From positions 87,358,001 to 87,422,000 of the forward strand of contig NC_135655.1 of assembly GCF_964188315.1 (NCBI RefSeq): a stretch of DNA of 64,000 nt. The letters run 5' to 3'. The notes under the pieces are model-generated. The model was given only the letters and a program-made list of their open reading frames with translations, was not told the DNA's origin and made no database searches. A program made the position numbers and the translations under genes. The DNA is from Podarcis muralis (lineage: Eukaryota). Positions 46,502-64,000 of the stretch are shown here, one piece after another; the first letter of the stretch is position 1, and each line of letters opens with the position of its first letter.

Positions 46502-49500
46502 AACATTGTTGCTAGTTATTATTAAAAACACTTGTGATTTGCCCCCTAAGCAGCATGGGGAGTGGATCAAAGGTGTCTGATTCTTAATCCTTAGCAATTT
46601 TGCACTTAATGTAGTGCAAGTTTTGGATATAAGCCCTTTGCCTCACATGAATTGGTCACTGAGGTCACCAAACCAAAAAATGCAGTGAGGAATTTTAGTG
46701 AATGGCAGCAGCTCTGATGTTAAGGAGCCCAAAAGTTACCATTTTGTTTACAATTAAGACTTTGCCAAATGGGACAGCAGAGTGTTTACATGATTACTTT
46801 GTGGGTTGCTGTCTAACTGACAAAACCGCTTAGAGCCTTTTAACAACAACTACAAGAAGTGTACACTTTTATTTAGAAGAAAAGTACTGATCTCCCAATA
46901 AGTTGCATATATCCTCCCCCATGCACTGGGGTGCATAATGAATCCTAGTGACATTGTCAGTTCATTAAATCCCCCCTTTCTAGGTGTGTATTCTAAAATT
47001 CTTGTGTTCCTAGAATTCCAAAGATGCAGGGAGAATGAGGCCATGAAGCCAATAACCTTGCGAACAACTGCTATCATGTATAGGCTATTTGCAGAGAAAT
47101 TTTAAATCATGAATATTCTTCATGTTTCTTAAGGACAATTATGAGAAATTGGTCTGGGAGCAGACTGTGATCAAATGATCATTCTAGGGTGAAACTAGAA
47201 ACAACAAAAAGCTGGTAAAAGAACCGTCAAAGCAAAATAAAGATTCATCTCTCCAAACATAAGTTGCAGATCTGGCAGCAACAATTGTCAGCCATGCTAG
47301 TTGGCTTTTGTCACTGTTTTTAGCAGAATTTAGATGGCACACTGATGGCACATTTTAGCCAGTCAGAAATGACGTAATGCAATAATGCATTAGTGTCATA
47401 ATGTCTTGTATTTGGTATATCCTGAAAGTTGTCAACTTTTGGAGAAGAATTGGATGAACAAAACATTGACATGGAATCCAGCCATTGTCTGTAGATTTTT
47501 GATACCTAAAATAAGTTTTTGAAAATCAGGAAACAACCCTAACATGATTTGTTGAAGTTAAAAGAAAAATGAAGTTTCACCAAAATCATGTACAGTCTAT
47601 TGGAAGCAATTTGAATCTGCAGCATAAGCTTTACGCTTTAGTCCTTAGATTTCTAAAGCATTTTATTTTTTGTAGTTTGTTGCACTCATTTTTCAGATGC
47701 ACACCCCACGGAGTGAAACTTAACCTATTTAGTTATACAAACAACAAAAATCAAGCAGAGTGCCTTTATCTGTATGCCTTAATTTTGTTTGTTTGTATAT
47801 TAATTACAGTAGTGGACAAGTGATGCAGGACCAGCAAGATCAGTCTTTGAAATGTAGAAAATGGCAAATTCCCAGTTGTTACAAGTTACTTGTTCGTCTG
47901 CAGAAATTTCAGATTTAACTACCTAGTTTCCACCACCCCCGCCAGCCAAGTTCTATACAAATACTCAGAATGCAGCCAATGTTAAGCTTGTTGAACAAAC
48001 ACTTAACTCTCGCCACTGGAAATCAATAGCACTTAATTTGGTTTGACAGTGTCCTTTATTCTTAAGCTAAGTGGGAAGTAGGAAGTTCTACCACCACATT
48101 GTTCTTGTTTTTAAAAAATAACCCAGGCTTTGACTCTTGCACTCTGTTCCAGAATGCATGGTTAATGCTGCAGCTGCCCTAATGTCCAGTAGTTCAGTGA
48201 GCTGCTAACAGCTGCCCTATATAGTCTATGATGGTACTTATTCTGAAGGAAGGTGTTAAATCCCAGTCAGCATGGCCACTGGTTAGGGGATGATAGGACC
48301 TCTAGAAGATCACAGGTTCCCAGCCCTTGGCTTAAAGCATGTGACAGTATTGCTTTTGTATAGAGAAATCAGATGCCGTTTCAAATAACACATTTTCTTT
48401 CTATTGATATATATAAATAGAAATATATATATGAGACAAACCTTGTTCCTGCCATTGTCCAGATTTAATGCTGCATCAATGAGTCAGTTGCACTAGCAAT
48501 CCTTTCAATCATCTCTGCAGCAGTGTCTGATGACTGCTGCAGGTATTTAAGAGAGCCTGTCAGCATTCACAATATAGTTCCTTTTTTTCCTTTTTTAAAA
48601 TATGTGATCTTTGGAATATATCACGCCTATGCGGGCTGGGGACAGACTTTATTTGTTTGAATGTAAGTCCTTGTGGTGGTATTGAAGTTAGCAAAGGTAC
48701 TACCACCAGCATACCAGTACTTAATTGCTGGTTGGTTCCTTTTATGTATTATTGGCATGTGTGCATTTGCAAACCACTGCAAACCAAAGCTTTTCTACCC
48801 CTGTACACAGCCCAAAGTGATATTTATCTAGCTTACAGACTGTTAATTGTTGTCCAATTTTTAAGCTTTGCTGGACATAACAACTTCCATGTGCAACCCA
48901 AGAGGCTATGTGAGCAGAAATATTTTTAAGGGTGCCAATGAAACTGTGTGATGTAAGAGTTATGCTTAGTAGTCTCTGTGGAATTTCAAGGGCTCACTCC
49001 TGGGTTTGCAAGGTACACCAGTCCTTGTGGTGGTGGGGGGGGGGCAGCAAAATGTGCAGGTCCTGATAACTACCATAACTGCAGGGGCTAATGAGTGCTT
49101 TATTGGGCATTGCCTGACTCGTGTTCAGTGTTGATGTAAAGACTTAGCCCTGTTGACGTAGCAAGGAGATTCTAGTACAGCAGCAAAATTTGAAAAGTGA
49201 TCCATACCTCAGGGAAAATCTTACAGGTTTTAAATGAAAGGTGGAGGTGTATATAACAACTGATCCAAAATCCGACTTTATGCAGGAGCTAGGAGAAAGA
49301 TCATTTGGTATGGAAAATACTCTATTACACACTTACATAAATTCATCTGAAACTTTCAGAAATGATAGCCATTGGAAGAAATGTTCCTACTTAAAAAAGA
49401 AATGTGTGTTTATGCATAATGCGTTGGAAACTGGAATTGGCTTTTACATTGCAGTGCCACATATTTCATTTCTTCTCAGCATATACTTAATAATGCTAAA

Positions 49501-49919
49501 TGTGTTAGATTCTACTTTGTAGATGGTGGAGGCACCCCATCAACCCATCCCTGGCTTAATCTCTTAATGGAAAAACATTCTTATGCTATCCATTGAACTG
49601 ACCAGAATTGGCCTTTAGGCGAAGTATAGAGCAAATACTCATGAAAACTTGGAGGAATCTGTCACAAGAAAAAGCTACGCCTGAAATGGTGCAGTGGTCA
49701 CAAGGCAGTGACTACACTGACCTTCACACTGTGTCCTGCAGATTGATATGGGAACTTCTAGGAAGAAGCTTGATAATGTGGACCTGCATCATCTGATAGA
49801 ATGGTTTGATAAGCCTCAAGCCTTATCAAGACTAGTATTTTGTGTGCTGTGCTTTGCAATTGTACAGTTAAATTGTACAATTAAAGCAGAAGAAATGGAA
49901 TCTAGAACGCGTACAAAAG

Positions 49920-50313
49920 ATGGGCAACATCGGTGGGTATGGTGCATCAGTTATGGTGGGCTGCTTCAGTGCGGAATAATATCTGTCAGTCGTGATTATT
50001 CATGTGGGCATAACCACTCTATTCTGGAGATTACAATTACAGAAATAAATGGAAACATTGCGACTACCTCAAATACAAACTTTAAATACAGCAACGAGTT
50101 CATATGTAAAGACTGCCGTGCAAAAAAACCCTCTGTCCACGGAAGTTTGGTCTCTCACTACAATGCTAGAAGAATTGATTGAACCTTAAGCAGTAAAATT
50201 AGGACACAGTTTGGCTTTGATGGAATGAATCTAGGAATTGTTCTTGTGTCCTCATTCTCAAGGATAAAGAAGTTCTCTGCTTCACAAGAGGCCAGCTTGC
50301 TAAAGAAAAATAA
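49920..50313 (+). mobile_element. Possible highly decayed Tc1/mariner transposase fragment (C-terminal catalytic half)
   Basis: Ordered degenerate motifs across frames: VW-CISYGG (49937-49960) and SVMV-GCFSA (49947-49973) ~ GGGSVMVWGCFS; ILE; NEFICKD..PC (50093-50121) ~ FIFQQDNAPCH; WNE (50221); LVSSFSRI (50243-50266) ~ LVxSMPRR; RGQLAKEK* (50287-50313). No terminal inverted repeats (TIRs) found. Confidence 0.4.
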
Positions 50314-53300
50314 ATGTGATTGTGAAATCGCAGGCTGAAATTGGAGCTGGACCCAGATTCTTTGTCAAATTGTGCCCTTGAAATGTCAGCAATTCTTTAA
50401 CATTGCTCTGCTTCGCAGAACATGTGGATGGCAGCTATGGATGCAAAAACCTCCACAGGGAGCAGCACATTTCCCAAGACACTACCTCCAGCCATTTTCA
50501 TGGCAGATTTGTGAGGTCTACACGCTAGATCTGAAAGTAGGGCCTGGAAACTTGAAAAGTTCATTCTTATGACAAGGCTTTTGATGATATCCTTAAATGC
50601 TGCTGGGTGTAAGTACAAGATGGTATCAAGGCTTGCATGCAGTACAGCTTGCCTATGCTATAAATGTGGCTTGGCACACATAGCATCATGCAGTGATTGC
50701 CAGGTTAACGGATGTGGGATCCAAAGGTGCCTTGCTTAAGCAAAAAAATAAATAAATAATACTTCAATCTGCATCAAGCAGGGGAAGATCATATCCTGAA
50801 CTATTCCCAATAACCCTGCCCCCCGAAACCAGAGTTGGTGTTTGGGGGGCCGCTGAGCACTGCGGCGCAGAAAAGGGAGCAGACGATTCTTGCTCTGTGA
50901 TGGAAAACTGCTTGTAGTTCTCTGGATCAAAGCCATGGTTGGCTGATGTGATGAAACTTGACACCAGATCGTGCAGCATAATAAAGTATCACCAGTTTGT
51001 TAATTTTGTAGAGTGAATTTTATGGAGATTTCATAAATACTTGGAATGAAATATGTATTTCATGTCAAAATTTGCCCTTTGTTTAAACTATGATCACCAC
51101 ATATTAGCACTGGAGTTTTGGATAGATTATATATATATATCTTCACCTTTCATTTAAGTACTTCTGTACTCCCCCTCCACCACCCCTGGTCTAAACCACC
51201 AAAAGTTGTATTTCTGTGGCTTCAAAGTTTGCAGCTGAAGGGAAGGAGGTGCATCTTTAGGTCAGTATAATAGGCCAAAGTATTTCTTGTGCCATAGCAA
51301 ACCAGAACCTTGCAGAGTTTACAGGAGAAGTAGTCCATTTTATTCCAAATAATTCAGAACAATACTTCTCCCTTGGCTATCTTGGTTCGGTGTAAGTCAG
51401 ACATGCATCCAAGTGAGCAGGACTTAAGATTTCTAAACTGCTGGTTACTGAGAAACTTAGCATCAAAAGCATTTTATTCATTTATCTTGCGTCTGCCAAC
51501 TTTTTCTGCATTTCTAAAATAAGAGTACTTGACAAAACTAATGCTATTGGAAGTAGTTGGAGTCAGGTGAAAGGGGTCTTGTATAGGAAGAAGGGTTATT
51601 TTAATATACATATATTTTAATGGATTTGACCTCCTCTCTCCTTAATAAGAAAGGAATAACTACAAAAGGTTACTGAAATTCTCTCTGGCTATTTGACTGT
51701 AATGCGTTCAAACCCTGTTGGTAAAGGATGTCTCCCTCCTGAGACCCCTCCTAGGTTGTCAGACACTGAACAAATTCACAGACTAGTTTAATATCAGAGG
51801 TTGAACTACTCACAAACTCTGTTTTTAAAAAGGATTGTCCCAGTTTTGAATACCACCACACACCCACACACACCATGACCTAAAATAAAAGGTTTGTGCT
51901 TTCTTTTTGGAACAGGGTATGTAATCTGTCTAAATTTCACGTGGCTTGCTATTTGTTAGTATCACAATTTTAAAGCTTGATAATGTTTGTCCAAAAGTGG
52001 AAACTTGATTAATTGCAACCCAAACGTGCTCAGCCTGCCATCTGTACCTTGCACCATTTTCTTAAGAAAATGTCACTGTAAGTTATGGGGAAGAGATGTT
52101 GGTTAAAGCAGACTTTTGCTTTTAAAAAAGCTAATAATAATGATGATGATGTATATCTACCCTTTGGATCTAATGTACATTTTTTTATGCAGCTGTCAAA
52201 TTCTCTATTTAATCCCTTGGTTTCTCTGTAAATGTTTTTACTCTCTGTTTGAATGCTGGGCACAGTTTGTAACGTATGTACACAACGGTGTTTTTTTCTA
52301 TCAATGTTAACTTTTTTGCACATTTTTTGAAATTGTTTAATTTGTACACTGTTTTAATACTCTGACCAACTGTTATGGAGTGTATGCGGATTATGTACGT
52401 GTGCAATGTACTACTGTTTTGAATGAGGATTTTTAGATTCCGTATAAATGCGTGTCCACTTCTGGCTTTACCTTGGTTGAGGAACTCAGGACATTAGCTT
52501 TGCTTACTAGTTCCCCCACAATAGTCCAAATCCAGCAACTTGGTTGTACCTGCAGAGCTTTGACACAGATACTGAACTCTGTGTGAATAGGGACTTCCCA
52601 GTTCACTCCATGCTATTTGGGGCACCTGCCAGTTGACCAGTCAAATATGGTCAAGTTGACCACCATCTAACATCATGAATTCAATGTAACAGTTAACTTG
52701 GTTCTGTTTTGTAGCTAGTGCATTTCTGATTGCTTGCCCATTATTTGGCTGGAAGGCTAGCCAGATTCCAAATGCTTTTTCACTGATGTGCAGAGTGCAC
52801 ACACCCAGCTTCTCAGAAGCATGGCGTGAACAGGAACAGGGAAGCCACTGCTTAATAGAGCTTCAAATATGTGGCAGATCCTCTGCAGAGTTTGGATTGT
52901 GGTAAATGTGTCTAAGAACTTTCCAAATATAGGGTACATAAAATGCCTTCTATGTACTGTCTGTCCTGTTTCCCACAGACCTATTCCAGTTTCATTTCTA
53001 CATGTTTTTTAAAAAATTGTTTTTTAAAGGTACTGCATTTAGTTAGATGAATATATAAAAGCTTTGAGAGATAATTTACTAGATAAATATATTTTCAGCT
53101 GGCTGATGTTCAGAAAATATTTTATTTTTTGTTTTTAACCATTCAAAATGTATTTGTATTTCCAAAATTAGACATGAATTGTATATTAAAACACTCTGGC
53201 TGGATAATGGTATGGTTTGTCTTGTAAGGTTTCTCTCTCTCTCTTTGTTAAGAGCTAAAAATGTTTCTGTGATACAGAGAATAATAGTACTGTTCTGAAA

Positions 53301-54104
53301 AGCTGAAGGCAATCTTTCAATTTAGAGCTGCTTGAGAAAATTGAGACACAAAACCAATCTTAGAAAAGTCAGATGTTTTTATTGCCTGTTCTTTTTTGTT
53401 ACATTGAATGTAATGTTTCCCTCTTGATCTTAACACTTTCCTTATTTTCTGGTACTGGGAAAAAATAAAGCATGTTGAAGGTACTAGCAGAATACCAAGT
53501 AATACATAAATTTGCCAGCCTAGTTCATGGCTTGAAAGATTATTTGTATGATTCATAAGACTTGCCAACAAAAAATTCTCATGTTGGGTAAATAGCACAC
53601 TGGTGGATATCAAAAACCAACAGTTAGGAAAAGTGGTATTCTCTCTCTCTTTTTTTAAAGAGCCTACTAATAGCCTGGTATGGTGTGGTATGTTCCATTC
53701 TTCATGCACATTTTGACCTTGTCATAGTCTCAAAAGTGTGCTTGTACAAAATGTATAAAAGCATTTTGATTTTTTTAAAACAACAACTATGTATTTACCT
53801 GTCATTTTTTTGCTGGTAAATGGCTTTTATTTTATTTGGGTTTTTTATTGATTATAAAAAGAAGCCATGTTTATATTCTGTGTTTGACCAAATTACTTCT
53901 GTTTTATGAAATTTGTATATTGGTGGTACACATCTTCGTGTAGGATGATTGTGCATGAGGACCTGCAAGAATTAATACAATGAAAGATTGGAGGTTGGTT
54001 TTTTTCTTCCAAGTTAATTCTGGAAAGGTTATGGTGCAAAGGTTTACTGGATGTAACCCTATGAGCTTATGGAATGACTATAGAGAATGGCACTTCTAAG
54101 TGTT

Positions 54105-54110
54105 AATAAA
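54105..54110 (+). terminator. Candidate distal polyadenylation signal of MAP3K2
   Basis: AATAAA followed by a U/GU-rich tract (TTTGTTTTTTGTCTTTTC), after a long AU-rich UTR-like region; last such strong signal before the TE cluster upstream of the ERCC3 promoter. Inference only. Confidence 0.4.
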
Positions 54111-55277
54111 ACAAATATTTATTTCCACTTTGTTTTTTGTCTTTTCTAAGTTCATTAACACTTGGCATTTACATAATGCTTCGGAGTGATACCCAACAAG
54201 TCATGCTTGGAGTAGACCCAGTGGAATTTAATGGATAATTCAGTTTCAGTTGATTTCAGATTTCAGTTGAGCTATGACATAGCTGGAAATTATACTTAAT
54301 GTACTGACAGGGTTTCATGTACAGCATCTCAATAATTATTAGAACACTCACTGCAGGGTAGTTTGGTAAAATGCAGTGCATGCTTTACCTAGAAGTAAAC
54401 CGCTCTGTGTCCTCTGGGGCTTACTCCTTAATTTGTTTAGCACTGCAGCTTCATTATTGTATCCTACTATGCAACTTGCAGGTAGTGTTGGGTGTTCATA
54501 TATAATTTCTATATTGCTTTTCCCACCCCAGTGTTCATAGTACTAAAACAGCCACCTAACTGATTGATTGGTAAAATTGGTATACCTCTCAATATAAAAA
54601 GAAATCTATACATTTACATGAAATATAATTAAGGGGGTAGGGTGAAGGTGAATATAAAATCATTTTAAAATACAGCACCATCAAATAAATTTTTAGAAGC
54701 CAAAACTGAGTCCTGTAGAACTATATCATAGGTATAATTTGAGTAGTGCACAAGAAAGAGAAAGTTTAAGAATTAGAAATGAGCGAAAGCTTGGGTAAGC
54801 ATGTTTTGGTAACAGTTGTTTAAAGCTGGTTACTGTCTCAACCTTTTGAGCCACCCAGGAGAGGGCATTCCAAATGGAGGGTGTCACCACCAATAAATCA
54901 TCCTCCTTGTCTAGGTTTACTTACAAAAACATGAAAAATGTAATGATGTACAACATCTATTACGCTTTGTGTACTTCTTATGCAGGGCAAAACATTTTAA
55001 ACAATCCAAAGCAGGCAAATGTTTATACAAATAAAACCAATGTTTTAGACTTATTACCTATAGGCAAATAGCTCAGGCCAATGGCACCACCGTATATTAT
55101 TAACATGCACAGGCCTATAAATGTGGACACACACTCCAGCCCCCATGCAGCTTACATAGGGTCTGAGCATGCATCTTCATGCATGTGAGTACATTGCTTT
55201 GAAGTCTTGCAGCTCAACTATGTAAGCCACCTCAACTGAGAAGTGTTAGGTGGAAAAGATGGTACGAAACCCAAGTT

Positions 55278-55473
55278 CACCAACTTGGATGGATTTAAAG
55301 GAGGATTGGACAAACTCGTGGAAGTGAAGGCTTATGTTGAACCTCTGTATGCCAGTTGCTGGGAATCAAGCGGGGGGAGAGGGCTGTTTTACGCAGGTCC
55401 CGTTGGCAGACTTCCCAAAGGCATCCAGGCAGCTATTGTGAGCAGGATGCCGCACTAGATCCAGCAGGGCTCA
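55278..55473 (+). mobile_element. CR1 LINE 3' fragment
   Basis: Frame TNLDGFKGGLDKLVE, then ...CTAGATCCAGCAGGGCTC tail. Confidence 0.65.
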
Positions 55474-55647
55474 TGCACTCAGTGCCTGCATGCCTGAATT
55501 TAACAACTCACATTTGGTGTGTTTTATTGTTTGTTTCACAAACAACCATTGCCAATCAGCTAATTGTCCCTGCACTTAGTTCCTTCCTGGCCCCTTTCTT
55601 TATGAGAGCCATACACACATGGCAGGTACCTGATCAAGTGGACTATC

Positions 55648-56064
55648 CAGGGCCGGATTTAGGTTTGATGAGGCCCTAAGCTACTGAAGGTAATGGGGCC
55701 CTTTATATGTCCAGCTGTCCTTTGTCAACAACAAATTGTCCGTGTTTTTTGTGTTGAATATATGCTATATGGTAATTTAAGGTATCTAAAGCCATTTGGA
55801 CATACAGAATGTAGGCACCCTATATACAGAAATGAGCAAACCAGTGATATTTTAGGGAGCAGACTAGCAGGCGGGGCCCATTACTTACACCATAGGAGAC
55901 TACACAAAACACTGTTGCTGTATGTAGGTTTTATTATTTGTTTTTTATCTTATATTTTGGAAATGTACATCCAGGTGTTCTTTTCCTTTAATTTTTTTGG
56001 GGGGCCCCAAGAGAGTGGGGCCCCAAGCTATAGCTTATTTAGCTTATACGTAAATCCGGCACTG
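55648..56064. mobile_element. 417-bp hAT-type non-autonomous element
   Basis: 14-bp TIRs CAGGGCCGGATTTA / TAAATCCGGCACTG (13/14); GGGGCCC subterminal repeats; TSD not clean. Confidence 0.75.
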
Positions 56065-56162
56065 GCTAGCCCATGGATGCTTAGGCTGCCTAATAAATCT
56101 GTTAGCCTGTGAGATGCCACAAGCCTCTGGGCTGCTCTTTGCTGCATCTGTCGTGGATGCTT

Positions 56163-56243
56163 CAGCTGAGATTCCTGCATTGCAAGAGGGCTGGACTACA
56201 TGTATGACCCTCGGGGTACCTTTCCAACTCTACGATTCTACGA
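56163..56243 (+). mobile_element. CR1 LINE 3' end fragment abutting the ERCC3 CpG island
   Basis: CAGCTGAGATTCCTGCATTGC...TTCCAACTCTACGATTCTACGA. Confidence 0.78.
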
Positions 56244-56590
56244 CACCCGACGGTCAGCGACCTCCTTTCTGCCAAACGGCCGGCCCTGCTGCGCTCCGCG
56301 GCAAATCCGCCTTTTTCCTGGGCACTTGGGAAAGCGGCTCCAGGCTGAAAAGAGGCCCCACCCCGGCAACTTTAGCCCTGGGGGCGCACGCCTCTTTCCC
56401 TCCCGTGCAAACCCCCCGTTCCTGTCGTCCCCTCGTCCCCCCCCCCCCCCCGCAGATCGGCCATGTTATGGAGGCGGAGAGGAACCGGATTCGCTCCCTG
56501 TCCTGCTCCGGAAGCGGCGGGGCGAATGGGAAGGGACGCGGAAGGGAGGCGTGAAAGCGGCGTTGCGCACTCTGCCGAAGCCGCGTCCCG

Positions 56591-64000
<7,410 letters not shown>

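Noticed and set aside
49748-50182. 144-aa ORF as a novel protein-coding gene
   Set aside because: No promoter or splice context. It is better explained as part of the decayed Tc1-like relic or as chance.
50760-50815. Weak resemblance to the U1 snRNA 5' end (ATACTT...GCAGGGGA.GAT) and a C-box GTGATGA at ~50948
   Set aside because: No ACCTG 5'-splice-site pairing sequence, no Sm site or stem-loops, and no nearby D box.

Overview
Vertebrate genomic DNA. The Sauria SINE, Bov-B and CR1/L2 content points to a squamate reptile, probably a lacertid lizard. Three + strand spliced genes were reconstructed by hand, all with GT-AG introns and continuous reading frames. (1) The 3' part of PECR: six coding exons, 5119-12650, ending in the peroxisomal signal SKL. 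(2) Complete MAP3K2/MEKK2: 16 coding exons, 25510-41286, 619 aa, with a CpG-island promoter at ~16.2-17.25 kb and probably a very long 3' UTR. (3) The 5' part of ERCC3/XPB: eight exons from 56591, running off the window. Introns and spacers carry Sauria SINEs with target-site duplications (TSDs), Bov-B, CR1 and L2 fragments, and TcMar and hAT MITEs. The most unexpected signal is largely invisible in the ORF track: a frameshifted fossil of an XPG/PIN-nuclease-type transposon protein (Academ-like, recognised from remembered motifs) on the minus strand between PECR and MAP3K2 (~13.9-14.9 kb). A separate CpG island directly upstream could splice into it. Also noted are a possible decayed Tc1 transposase at ~49.9-50.3 kb, a MITE-like inverted ZNF143 motif pair in the MAP3K2 promoter, and a Val-to-Ala change next to the MEKK2 activation-loop serine. 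No database searches were run; family names come from recalled consensus sequences, and repeat boundaries without TSDs are approximate.
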